Source: Candidatus Methanophagaceae archaeon (GTDB lineage Archaea > Halobacteriota > Syntropharchaeia > Alkanophagales > Methanospirareceae). Taken from it: 32,000 nt of DNA. Where the stretch lies: the NCBI GenBank assembly GCA_003194425.1, contig PQXB01000001.1, positions 1,030,444 through 1,062,443 on the forward strand, in the 5' to 3' direction. Both the position numbers and the translations under genes were made by a program. How positions within the stretch are numbered: position 1 is the first letter of the stretch; each line of letters begins with the position of its first letter. Positions 1-8,142 of the stretch are shown here, in pieces. The notes beneath the pieces are model-generated. The model had not been told where the DNA came from and made no database searches. It worked only from the letters and a program-made list of their open reading frames with translations.

Positions 1-349
1 AACTCGCCTCGCTCAGCACAGGAAAGCCGTAGTCTGAGTCGGAGGAGGAAAAGAAGAGCGAGAACTCTGCTTCGTCCAAATTCCCTAACGCGGACTTCAC
101 AAACAAAACGGCGTCGCTTGTTACGTTCGCCGCCAACTTGCTCGTTTCCCGCACGTTAGAAAGCGTTCTTGATCCCTCGTACAGCCGCGCAAAATAGCGG
201 TTGCTTTCCGAAATTACGCCGACCGGGGCAGCGTTCGGCTTGCCCGACGCAGACCGCGTGGTAACAATTACTTCCGAGACGCCCTCGCCAATTCCCGCCT
301 CGCTCAGGTCAGCAGGCTCAGCCGAGCAGCGTTCAACTCTTCTCGCCAC
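1..349 (-). CDS. Partial CDS (first 116 codons; continues past window start); tentatively FMN-binding split-barrel / DUF447-like protein
   Basis: Hand translation of the minus strand from GTG at 349 gives VARRVERCSAEPADLSEAGIGEGVSEVIVTTRSASGKPNAAPVGVISESNRYFARLYEGSRT..., with no stop up to the window edge. It is absent from the ORF track because it has no in-window stop. The IVTT...G.PNAAP.G motif is recalled from DUF447 proteins. The start codon is uncertain. Confidence 0.4.
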   Translation of the reverse strand, partial: MARRVERCSAEPADLSEAGIGEGVSEVIVTTRSASGKPNAAPVGVISESNRYFARLYEGSRTLSNVRETSKLAANVTSDAVLFVKSALGNLDEAEFSLFFSSSDSDYGFPVLSEAS

Positions 350-356
350 TGTTAAA

Positions 357-429
357 TGGGCTCGATGCGATTCGAACGCATGACCTCCGCCTCGTCAAGG
401 CGACGTCATTCCAACTAGACCACGAGCCC
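357..429 (-). tRNA. tRNA-Val (anticodon GAC), 73 nt, CCA not encoded
   Basis: The reverse complement is GGGCTCGTGGTCTAGTTGGAATGACGTCGCCTTGACGAGGCGGAGGTCATGCGTTCGAATCGCATCGAGCCCA. It has a perfect 7-bp acceptor stem, a D loop with GG, and a 5-bp anticodon stem with loop TTGACGA (anticodon GAC). The T arm is ATGCG/TTCGAAT/CGCAT and the discriminator is A. Confidence 0.9.
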
Positions 430-440
430 TTCCCTTACTA

Positions 441-458
441 CTACAATTTTATAATAAA
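441..458 (-). promoter_or_regulatory. TATA-like box for the tRNA-Val gene
   Basis: The minus strand reads ATTTTATTATAAAATTG, centred about 23 nt upstream of the tRNA 5' end. This matches the spacing of archaeal TATA boxes. Confidence 0.45.
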
Positions 459-459
459 A

Positions 460-1107
460 TTAAAATCCAAAAAATCTCGGTCCTCTCGGTCCTGGTCCTC
501 CTGGTCCTAGTCCTGGAAATATTCCCCCTGGCTCTGTCGCGATAAACGCAGCAAACAACGCTACGAGGACGACCGCGGGAATGACAACTGCAAGGACCAC
601 TGCGAGAACCGCTCTTCCCGTGGACAACTCGTGAAGTTGCCTCACGCCGACAGCCTCCACGACAAGCGTCCAAATCGCTGCAACGACGCCCAAAACAGGA
701 ATCCACCCCAACAAGAGGCTCGGTGTCTCTCCGTAAATTACCGCTTTCAGCGTCTGCTCCACGCCATTTCTACCGCCGACGAGGAAGACCCAGAGGTGGA
801 GCCAGAGCCCGCTGATGAAGACGCTGAATGTCCATACAACGAGCGTGCAGACGAAAAAGACGACTGCGAGCAAAGGACCCGCCACTGCTGTTCCAAAAGC
901 CATCCTAGGGGCTCCGAGCATTCCAAACATCCCCGCGTACAGCGAGAACGCAACTGCAACCAAAACCGCAAGAATCGCCGCAAAGACCGCCAGAATGACG
1001 ACGAAATACTTGAACGCGTCCCCGAGCGTGTCCTCTTTAGAGCGGTCGAAAGTCTCCGACGGACTGAACAAGAACCCCTTCACCCTCTCCCCTACGCTTA
1101 ACACCAT
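460..1107 (-). CDS. Yip1-domain integral membrane protein
   Basis: 215-aa ORF with an ATG start. The N-terminus is GFLFSPSETF...DTLGDAFKYFVVILAVFAAILAVL, followed by about 5 hydrophobic helices, which is typical of the YIP1 family. The G/P-rich C-terminal tail (PGGIFPGLGPGGPGPRGP) is encoded by GGTCCT-type hexamer repeats. Confidence 0.65.
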   Translation of the reverse strand: MVLSVGERVKGFLFSPSETFDRSKEDTLGDAFKYFVVILAVFAAILAVLVAVAFSLYAGMFGMLGAPRMAFGTAVAGPLLAVVFFVCTLVVWTFSVFISGLWLHLWVFLVGGRNGVEQTLKAVIYGETPSLLLGWIPVLGVVAAIWTLVVEAVGVRQLHELSTGRAVLAVVLAVVIPAVVLVALFAAFIATEPGGIFPGLGPGGPGPRGPRFFGF

Positions 1108-1156
1108 TTTTCCCTCTCTCCAAACCTACTAAAATATTTCCTCTTTAAAATCTTTT

Positions 1157-1194
1157 ATTTTTTTCACTGCGTCTCATTTTTTTCACTGCGTCTC
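1157..1194. repeat. Perfect 19-bp x2 tandem duplication straddling the stop codon of the 1164-2180 gene
   Basis: ATTTTTTTCACTGCGTCTC occurs at 1157-1175 and again at 1176-1194. The TCA (the TGA stop on the minus strand) at 1164-1166 lies in one copy. Confidence 0.9.
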
Positions 1195-2180
1195 TTTTTC
1201 TTGCTCTCGCCCCCACAATTTGGACAGAACCTGGCTAAAATCGGTCGCAACTCGCCGCACTCCGAGCACTCCTCGAGCAACTGCCGCCCGCAGTTCTGAC
1301 AAAAAAGGGCAGCCACCCCCCCTGCCCCGCTTCGCAGAGGGAAGCCGCACCACGGGCACTTCCCCTCCCTCAAGCGAGAGCGGGAGACGCGCTCGAAGCT
1401 GAAGAGTTGCTTCTTGAGGTAAGCGAGCGTGACAGCACACGCCACTGCTCCGAGAATTGAAATTCCGAGCACGTGCACGAACTTCCACACATTCTCAACA
1501 ATCATAAAAATCAGCAAGAGCGAGGCAAAAGCCAAAAACGCGTTCGCGTGCAGCAGGTACTTGCTCCTCGCCTTTTTCGCCCGCAGGAAGACGAAAATCG
1601 CGACCGCCAAGAGTGGAAGCACAAAAGCCAACCGCACTGCCAAGACCTTCAGTCTGTATTTTTGGTAAGCCCTGTCGTACTCCTCCCGCGCCAACTCACG
1701 AGCCTTGTGCAGCTCTCCCTGCTTTTCGTCCAGCCGCCCCCGAACCTCGTCGTAAACGGCTTGTGCTGCCTCCAGTCTCTCCTGCGACTCGTTGTACCTC
1801 GCCCTCGCCTCTTCCCACTCCCGCTCTTTTACCGCGTCCTCCCCGCCTTTGTCGAGAATTACGCGGTACTCCTCCCTCTTGAACAAATACTTCTCTTTGG
1901 CACTGGAAAATTCCTTCTCCACGTCTGTGAGGGTTTCGCGGGCTGTTCTGAGTTCCGCGGAAATGTTGTCTTTCTCTGCCTTCAACCTGTAGACGCCGTG
2001 TTTTTGGTAGTAAAGGTCGTTTTGGGGTTGGCTGGGGATTTCTTTTAGCTCGTTGAGAATTTGCACGCCGCCGATTAAAAGGAAGACGACCATCGCGGAG
2101 GCGAGTATTTTTTCGCCCCTCGTCGTCTCTGTCCTCTCTTCCTCCCCTTCGCTCGCGTCCTCGCCCTCGTATTTTGGCAT
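1164..2180 (-). CDS. Membrane protein with a long coiled-coil loop and a C-terminal double zinc ribbon; function unknown
   Basis: I prefer the start at ATG 2180 (MPKYEGED...), because the longer track ORF would overlap the upstream gene. Domain order is TM1, about 140 aa of heptad-like E/K/R-rich sequence, 3 TM helices flanked by basic residues, then CPWCG...CQNCG...CSECG...CPNCG. Confidence 0.6.
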   Translation of the reverse strand: MPKYEGEDASEGEEERTETTRGEKILASAMVVFLLIGGVQILNELKEIPSQPQNDLYYQKHGVYRLKAEKDNISAELRTARETLTDVEKEFSSAKEKYLFKREEYRVILDKGGEDAVKEREWEEARARYNESQERLEAAQAVYDEVRGRLDEKQGELHKARELAREEYDRAYQKYRLKVLAVRLAFVLPLLAVAIFVFLRAKKARSKYLLHANAFLAFASLLLIFMIVENVWKFVHVLGISILGAVACAVTLAYLKKQLFSFERVSRSRLREGKCPWCGFPLRSGAGGVAALFCQNCGRQLLEECSECGELRPILARFCPNCGGESKKKRRSEKNETQ

Positions 2181-2211
2181 AATAAAAAAAATAAAAAGCC
2201 GGGGTAAAAAA

Positions 2212-4275
2212 CTAACCCGGCAGTCCAACCTTTCCAATCTCCTCTTTTATCTCGCTCGCGATGCTCTTCGGCGTTTTCTTTGTTTCCGCTCCTGCGTTTT
2301 TGGGTCTAATCGGCTTGTAGCACCAGTAGGTAGTGTCAAAACAAATTATCTCGTTCGTCCCCGGGTCCAACAGTGCGACGCCCCACAACGCACCGAAACT
2401 CTGCTCGCCCCAGTAGCCCACGTAGATTGGGTACGAGAACGTTTGGCTGTAGTCTGCTGGCAAAGTCATTGGCATCGTCGCCATCGTTGTCATAAAATCG
2501 AAGCCCGGAATCGTCAGCCACCACTTGTAAACTACCCACTGCGTAGCGTTCGTCGGGTTTGCAAACTCGATTTCAACGCTCATTGTGTCAAATGTCTTGT
2601 AGTCAGTCTTGTCGGTTGTGACTGAAATGGTCGGCGTTGTTGTTGGCGGCGGTGGTGGCAGCGGAACTGGTCCTGCTGCAGTTTCTACTGTCAGGTCGTA
2701 GAGAGTTGGCGACTTCTCTGTTTCTCCTGAAACAATTTGTAGCGTTGTCTGGACTTGCAGGTAGCGCGCGTTTGGTGTTGAGCTCAGTAGAACGCCGTTT
2801 GTCGCGGTCTCCCACGCGGACCAAGTGGCGTTAGCAGCGGTCTCGTTTGAACTTCTCACTCTGACGGTAAGAGAAGTTCCCGCAGGCTCGTCGCTGTTCC
2901 AAGAGACTTTTCCCCACGCCGTCTCTTCTGCTCCGCTGTCGAAGGTCACTGTCCAGGTGCCTGTTTTCGTTGTTACTGACCTTACCAGGATTCCTGTCAT
3001 ATCGCTGTAGCTGTAGTGCCCGCCGCTGCCAAGAACCTGCTTGGAGAGGTCAATTTCGTCCGTGGCAGGGTCGATTCGGTGAACAAACTCGTCGTCCAGG
3101 TTGCAGACCCAGACCTTGCCGTCTGCGTCCACTGCTACTCCTGTTGGACAGTCTCCGACTGAAATCGTGGCTGAAAGGTTTCCGTCGTTGTCGTGTCGTG
3201 TTACCGTGTCAGACTCGGAGTTTGCTACCCAGACGTTGTTGTCGCTCGTGACTGCTACTCCTCGTGAATTATGTCCGTCAGGAGCGGTTAGCGTCTTTGT
3301 CCAGTCTCTTGTGGCGGTTGCTGTGCTGATTTTCGAGAGCTTGTAGCTGTCCCACCCAGAGGCAAAGAGGTGTCCGAGGTAGTCAAGACCTAAACCGTAG
3401 ACAAAGTGCCCCAGGTCGACCGTACTGACATTTGGCGGGTCTGTCGAAGGGTCAAGTCTTAGTACGTGGTTCTCGTCGTGGCCAGAAGACCAAAGCACGC
3501 CGTTTTCGTCCATCACCGCGCCGTAGGGTTTGTGCCCGGAAGTCGAGACATTCACGGTCTTAAGAATCTCCCCTGTTTCTCCGTCGAGGTAGTAGAACAA
3601 GTGAGAGCCGAAGCACCCGACCCAGACGTTGTTCGCTGCGTCAACCGCGATTGACCGAGGTCCTGACGTCGCACTGTCTGCGTAAGTTCCGTTGTAGTCG
3701 CCAGGAGTGTAGGTGCCTTCGAGACCAGGAATTAGAACCACCTCAAAGAGCACGCACTCGTCCTTGCCCCACGGAAGCATTTCGGCACCCGAGATGTCGC
3801 CGTCTGCGTTGAGGTCTTGAGAGGTCTCTACAACGCCGTTCCCGTTTCTGTCAACGCACTGCCCGTTCTCGTAGAGCCCAATTTTCACTACCGTTCCCGC
3901 CTGCCTGTTGCCGAGCCAGACGTTGCCTTGAAGGTCGACCGTTGTCCTCGAGGGGTAGCCGTTGACATCTTCGGGGCAGGTTCGGTAGCGACCCAGTTCG
4001 TCTCCTGTCGTGGTGTTAAGTTTGGAAGCCGTGTGTTCTTGGTTAGGAACCCAAATGAACGGCAGGGTCGTTGTGTTTTCAGAGAGTTGCAGGAGGTCGT
4101 CTTCGCACTCTACGCCCGTAAGCGTCCCTTCCTCGAAATCTTCGCAAGTGGTGTAAGTCAGAGACGAAGCGGCTGCTGTCGTTGTTGCTGCTGCTAAAAC
4201 GGTTGTAGCCAAAATCGTAGTGAGCAAAATCGCCGTAATTCCTTTTTCTTCTCTTTTCTTTTTGTTGTTGTCCAT
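2212..4275 (-). CDS. Signal-anchored extracellular six-bladed beta-propeller (NHL/Vgb-like repeats) glycoprotein with C-terminal beta-rich domains
   Basis: 687 aa with N-terminal KKKREEKGITAILLTTILATTVLAAATTTAAA. The blade motif occurs six times: GNVWLGN, NNVWVGC, GVLWSSG, HLFASGW, NNVWVAN, GKVWVCN...IDPATDE. There are many N-x-S/T sequons and a PPPPPTTTPT linker. A GGAGGTGA SD lies 8 nt upstream of the ATG at 4275. Confidence 0.7.
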   Translation of the reverse strand: MDNNKKKREEKGITAILLTTILATTVLAAATTTAAASSLTYTTCEDFEEGTLTGVECEDDLLQLSENTTTLPFIWVPNQEHTASKLNTTTGDELGRYRTCPEDVNGYPSRTTVDLQGNVWLGNRQAGTVVKIGLYENGQCVDRNGNGVVETSQDLNADGDISGAEMLPWGKDECVLFEVVLIPGLEGTYTPGDYNGTYADSATSGPRSIAVDAANNVWVGCFGSHLFYYLDGETGEILKTVNVSTSGHKPYGAVMDENGVLWSSGHDENHVLRLDPSTDPPNVSTVDLGHFVYGLGLDYLGHLFASGWDSYKLSKISTATATRDWTKTLTAPDGHNSRGVAVTSDNNVWVANSESDTVTRHDNDGNLSATISVGDCPTGVAVDADGKVWVCNLDDEFVHRIDPATDEIDLSKQVLGSGGHYSYSDMTGILVRSVTTKTGTWTVTFDSGAEETAWGKVSWNSDEPAGTSLTVRVRSSNETAANATWSAWETATNGVLLSSTPNARYLQVQTTLQIVSGETEKSPTLYDLTVETAAGPVPLPPPPPTTTPTISVTTDKTDYKTFDTMSVEIEFANPTNATQWVVYKWWLTIPGFDFMTTMATMPMTLPADYSQTFSYPIYVGYWGEQSFGALWGVALLDPGTNEIICFDTTYWCYKPIRPKNAGAETKKTPKSIASEIKEEIGKVGLPG

Positions 4276-4330
4276 TTTTTTATTTCACCTCCTAATTTTT
4301 TTTGTGCTCCTCTCGCGCATTGGGCGTTCC

Positions 4331-4362
4331 CTTTTCTCTCCTGTCTCTTTTCTCTCCTGTCT
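4331..4362. repeat. Perfect 16-bp x2 tandem duplication in a divergent intergenic region
   Basis: CTTTTCTCTCCTGTCT occurs at 4331-4346 and again at 4347-4362. Confidence 0.85.
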
Positions 4363-4557
4363 CTTTGCCCGTCTGCCTGCTTGGCTGTGTGCTTGCCCGC
4401 GCAAATTCCTTCCCGCGAATTCCTTCTTCTCGCCGCCGCGCACTCAACCAATTTTCCGCTTCTCCTCTCTCCTTCCATTTTCTCGCTCTCGCCCGTGCGA
4501 ATTTTCATCACACAATCTTAAAATAAGACTTTGACTATACAAAGGTAGGAACAATTT

Positions 4558-5553
4558 ATGCGAAAAGATTACGATTTGGTTGTGGTCGGTGCGGGTCCGG
4601 CGGGGCTGACTGCAGGAATTTACGGCGCACGGAGCGGGCTGGAGACGGTGGTGCTGGAGAAGGGGATTTGCGGTGGGTTGTCGAACGAGGCGCCAGAGAT
4701 TGAGAACTACCCGGGGTTCAAGAAGGTCGCGGGTCTGGAATTGGCAGAGCGGATGAAGGAGCAAGCGGCGGAGTTCGCGGAGCTGAAAGAGTTAGAAGCG
4801 GTTGAAAAAATAGAGCAGGTGCGAGGAGAGGAGGGGAAGAGGAGGAAGAAGGTGCGAGGAGAGGAGGAGAAGAGGAGGAAGAAAGAGGAAATGAAGGTAG
4901 TCACCGAGAAAGGCTCTTACGTTGCAAAAGCGGTAATTTTCTGCACAGGAACGCGGCACCGAAAATTAGGGGCAGCGAGGGAGGACGAGTTTCTCGGGCG
5001 GGGCGTCTCCTACTGCGCCACCTGCGACGGCTTCTTCTTCCGCAACAAGCAAGTAGCAGTGGTCGGCGGCGGGGACTCGGCGGTTAGAGAAGCCCTGCAC
5101 CTCAAGAAGCTCGGCTGTGAAGTAACCCTAATTCACCGCCGAGACAAACTCCGAGCAGAGCCGTTTTTGCAGAAGCGACTGAAAGAGGCGGGCGTTCCTG
5201 TCTTGTGGAACTCGGTGGTGCTGGAAATTAAGGGAGACAGCAGAGTGAGGAGCGTTCTCAGATTTGACAAAGAACGAGAGAGCGAGGAGGTGGTTGAGGT
5301 TGAGGGCGTCTTCGTCTCGGTCGGAGAAGAGCCTGCAAACGAGTTGGCGCTGCAACTCGGCGTTGAACTGAACCAAAGCGGCTACGTGGTCACGGACAAA
5401 AACCAAAGGACGAACCTTGAGCGAGTCTACGCCGCGGGCGACCTAACAGGAGGCGTGAGGCAGGTTGTTGTGGCGTGTGCCGAGGGGGCGGTCGCTGCTA
5501 CTTCCGCTTACAACGACTTGCTGGGGTTGGGCGGCGAGGGCGGCGGAAAATGA
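4558..5553 (+). CDS. trxB: Thioredoxin-disulfide reductase
   Basis: Motifs seen are YDLVVVGAGPAGLTAGIY (FAD), the CATCDG redox CxxC, VVGGGDSAVREA (NADPH) and YAAGD. The protein carries an approximately 30-aa charged insert made by a 33-bp duplication. Confidence 0.85.
   Translation: MRKDYDLVVVGAGPAGLTAGIYGARSGLETVVLEKGICGGLSNEAPEIENYPGFKKVAGLELAERMKEQAAEFAELKELEAVEKIEQVRGEEGKRRKKVRGEEEKRRKKEEMKVVTEKGSYVAKAVIFCTGTRHRKLGAAREDEFLGRGVSYCATCDGFFFRNKQVAVVGGGDSAVREALHLKKLGCEVTLIHRRDKLRAEPFLQKRLKEAGVPVLWNSVVLEIKGDSRVRSVLRFDKERESEEVVEVEGVFVSVGEEPANELALQLGVELNQSGYVVTDKNQRTNLERVYAAGDLTGGVRQVVVACAEGAVAATSAYNDLLGLGGEGGGK
4819..4884 (+). repeat. 33-bp x2 in-frame tandem duplication inside trxB
   Basis: GTGCGAGGAGAGGAGGGGAAGAGGAGGAAGAAG is followed by a second copy with 2 mismatches. 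It encodes VRGEEGKRRKK VRGEEEKRRKK. Confidence 0.9.
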
Positions 5554-6284
5554 GAGCGAGAATGCGGGAAATCGGGGTTGACGAAGCAGGAAAAGGTCCA
5601 GTAATTGGCTCGATGTTTGTCGCGGGGGTCTTGAACTTTGAGGGCTTGGAAGGGCTGGGAGTAAGGGATTCGAAGAAAGTAAGCCCGAAGAGGCGGGAAC
5701 TCCTCGCAGGACAAATTGAGGCTGCGACCGAGGTTCGTGTCGTGGAATTGACCGCGAGCGAGATTGACGAGAGCAGAAAGAAGCAGACCTTAAACGAGAC
5801 GATGGTCGAACTCTTCTCTGCAGTGATTTCCTGTTTTCAGCCTCCGCCTGACCGGGCTTTCGTCGACGCTGCAGACGTCAACCCCGCAAGGTTCGCCGCG
5901 AACATTAGAGCCTGCTGCGAGAGGCGAGGAAGGGAAAGGGCAGAGGCAAGGCAAGGGGGAGAGGCAGGGCAAGGGGGAGAGGCAGAAAGAGGACTGGAAA
6001 TTATTTCCGAGTCCAAAGCAGACGAACGCTACCCCGTAGTCAGCGCAGCGTCAATAATCGCAAAACTCCGCCGAGACAGGTCAATTCGGCTGCTCGAGGC
6101 TGAACTCGGTGCTGAAATCGGGAGCGGCTACCCCGCAGACCCGAAGACCGTTCAATTCCTCCGCGGGCTGCTGAACGGTGCAGGGGCGGAAATTCCTCCG
6201 TACGTGCGACACTCTTGGAAAACCGTCAAAACCCTTTCCTCCACAAATTCTTCTTTCCAGCAGCGTCTGAAGGAGTGGCTCTGA
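5550..6284 (+). CDS. rnhB: Ribonuclease HII
   Basis: Motifs seen are GVDEAGKGPVIGSMFVAG, DSKKVSPKRRE, VDAADV and ADERYPVVSAASIIAKLRRD. The start is chosen at an ATGA overlap with the trxB stop; an alternative ATG lies at 5562. The gene contains an 18-bp x2 duplication at 5950-5985. Confidence 0.8.
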   Translation: MRARMREIGVDEAGKGPVIGSMFVAGVLNFEGLEGLGVRDSKKVSPKRRELLAGQIEAATEVRVVELTASEIDESRKKQTLNETMVELFSAVISCFQPPPDRAFVDAADVNPARFAANIRACCERRGRERAEARQGGEAGQGGEAERGLEIISESKADERYPVVSAASIIAKLRRDRSIRLLEAELGAEIGSGYPADPKTVQFLRGLLNGAGAEIPPYVRHSWKTVKTLSSTNSSFQQRLKEWL

Positions 6285-6304
6285 AGGAGTAGCAAAGAGG
6301 GAGA

Positions 6305-7687
6305 CTAAAAGGGTCCCTCTACCCTTTTTACCCTCTTTCGCCCCCTCTCCCTGTCCTCTTCAATCTGCCGCTCGACCGAGAGTAGAGCGTCCTTCAGCAC
6401 CCCAACAAAATCCCACCGCCTCTTTCCTGCCTTCTGCTCGTTCATTTCTTCCTCCCCCTCTGCTACTGCTTGGGTGTGAGAGTGGCTGCCACCGCCACTG
6501 CCAGTGCCACCTGGCTCGCTCTGAGCGACGTACAACTTGTCAGGCGTCTTCACGTGCGCACTGATTTTATAATATGAAATTCCGCCTTTGTCCCGCTCCT
6601 TCTTTAGCACTATTTTTATCCAGTGCACGCGTTTAGCGATTCTAACAATTTTCCGCACCTCGGTTTCGATAATTTTGTCTGCGAGTTCCTTGTGTTCCTC
6701 GTCGAGAGAGCCTTGAATCTCGATATTTATTTTCGCCTTCTCTTTAAGGTCCCGCAGATATTTCATTATGTCGAGAATTGTAACGACTCCTCTCGGAACC
6801 CCCACTCCTTCTCCTTCTTCCCTCCCCTCGCTAACTTCTCCGCTCACGATTGGCACGCCGCGAATGTCGTGCTCTTGCAACAGGCTCGCTACTTCTGCGA
6901 GGCTTGCGTCAGGGCTGGCGGTTGTTACAGGCGAGCTCATAACGAGAGAGACGGGCTGCTCCATTATTGGAATGTTCTCGCCCTTCACCTCGCCGACGGT
7001 CGTCTTTCGCATCGGTTTGTAAATTTTTAAGATGTCTCCGCTGGTAACGATGCCCCGCAATTTCCCGTCCGCGTCGACGACGAGTAGCCGCCCGATGTTG
7101 TTCTTTCGCATAATGCTTCTCGCTCTGCCGATGCTTTCGGTCTCTTCTACGCAGACAAGGTCGCGGGACATTATTTCTGCAGCCTTGACCTCGCTCAAAA
7201 TGACCGACTCCGCCCCGCGTTTCATAAAGTCGTACTCGGAGACGATTCCCACGAGTTTGCCGTCGCCTGCAGTGACTGGCGCTGCCCGCTGCCCGCTGTC
7301 CACCAGCTCGCAGATTGCGTCAAGGGTCGTCGTGTCTTTGTAGACGCAGTGTGGCTTGAACATTACTCCCTCTACACTGGATTCGGGATTTGAGACAACG
7401 AGCAGGTCTTGCATACAAACGTGGTAAATCTCGCTGCAGGCACCTCCTCTTCCGCCTCTTCCTCCCCCTACTCCTCCTTTTCTTCCACTCCTTCCCCCAC
7501 TGCTACTTCCTCCGCTCCTTCTCCCACTGTTACTTCCTCTGCCGCTGCTGTCTCCGTCGCCAGCAAGCACAACCAGGTTGTGGAAGTTGTTTTTTTCCAT
7601 TATCCCAATCGCCTTCGCTACCGAGGTCTCGGGCGTTATTGTGGTTACCTCTCTCGTGCTTATCTCAATTACAGGCTCGTTAAACAT
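6305..7687 (-). CDS. Four-CBS-domain protein with a C-terminal HPF/RaiA (S30AE)-like domain
   Basis: 460 aa. The four CBS motifs include TITPETSVAKAIGIMEKNNFHNLVV, GIVSEYDF, GRLLVVDADGKLRGIVTSGDIL and IRGVPIV. The C-terminal segment INIEIQG..EEHKELADKIIETEVRKIV...VHWIKIVLKKE...YYKISAHVKTP..LYVAQSE...LKDALLSVERQIEE matches the beta-alpha-beta-beta-beta-alpha pattern and the ERQ(L/I) motif of HPF/YfiA. Confidence 0.6.
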   Translation of the reverse strand: MFNEPVIEISTREVTTITPETSVAKAIGIMEKNNFHNLVVLAGDGDSSGRGSNSGRRSGGSSSGGRSGRKGGVGGGRGGRGGACSEIYHVCMQDLLVVSNPESSVEGVMFKPHCVYKDTTTLDAICELVDSGQRAAPVTAGDGKLVGIVSEYDFMKRGAESVILSEVKAAEIMSRDLVCVEETESIGRARSIMRKNNIGRLLVVDADGKLRGIVTSGDILKIYKPMRKTTVGEVKGENIPIMEQPVSLVMSSPVTTASPDASLAEVASLLQEHDIRGVPIVSGEVSEGREEGEGVGVPRGVVTILDIMKYLRDLKEKAKINIEIQGSLDEEHKELADKIIETEVRKIVRIAKRVHWIKIVLKKERDKGGISYYKISAHVKTPDKLYVAQSEPGGTGSGGGSHSHTQAVAEGEEEMNEQKAGKRRWDFVGVLKDALLSVERQIEEDRERGRKRVKRVEGPF

Positions 7688-7805
7688 TCTCTCTTTCCCT
7701 CTAAACTTTTCTCTAACAAAGAATTCTTTACTAAAGAAATTTTTTCTTAAATAGAAAACTTTTATTAGAAGTTTTTAGTAAAGGTTTTTGCGTGCAAAAA
7801 AGTTT

Positions 7806-8099
7806 ATGATAGGAAAAGAAGAGGTAGGGCATCTTGGTTGGCTGGCGAGGCTGGAGTTGAGCGAGGCGGAGAAGGAGTTGTTTGAGCGGCAGTTGAGCTC
7901 GATTTTGGACTATTTCGCGGTGCTGGACGAATTGGACTTAGACTTGGACTCAGAGACTACGAGCGTAGAACCCACTTACCACGGGAAAAAAGATGTCGTG
8001 CGGGCGGACGAACCGAGAGCGGCGTTGAGTCAGGCAGAAGCACTGCGGAACGCACCCAAGACTGAGAACGGGTATTTCAAAAGCCCGAGGATTTTGTGA
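7806..8099 (+). CDS. gatC: Asp-tRNA(Asn)/Glu-tRNA(Gln) amidotransferase subunit C
   Basis: About 97 aa. The sequence VGHLGWLARLELSEAEKELFERQLSSILDYFAVLDELD is a typical GatC pattern. I prefer the ATG at 7806 over the TTG at 7788. Confidence 0.75.
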   Translation: MIGKEEVGHLGWLARLELSEAEKELFERQLSSILDYFAVLDELDLDLDSETTSVEPTYHGKKDVVRADEPRAALSQAEALRNAPKTENGYFKSPRIL

Positions 8100-8142
8100 T
8101 GCTAATAAAAAAGAGAAGAAAGCAACATGAGGGAAAGAAAAA

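Noticed and set aside
201-383. 60-aa plus-strand ORF from the track
   Set aside because: It overlaps the tRNA-Val gene and runs antisense to a better, longer minus-strand reading frame (1-349). It has no SD or TATA context and no recognisable motif.
357-460. tRNA-Val as an integration hotspot for a mobile element
   Set aside because: There is no integrase, no direct repeat of the tRNA 3' end, and no compositional break in the flanking genes within the window.
5475-5549. N-terminal extension of the rnhB ORF (track start at 5475)
   Set aside because: The extension lies entirely inside the trxB coding sequence in another frame. The ATG at 5550 forms an ATGA overlap with the trxB stop and gives a canonical RNase HII N-terminus.
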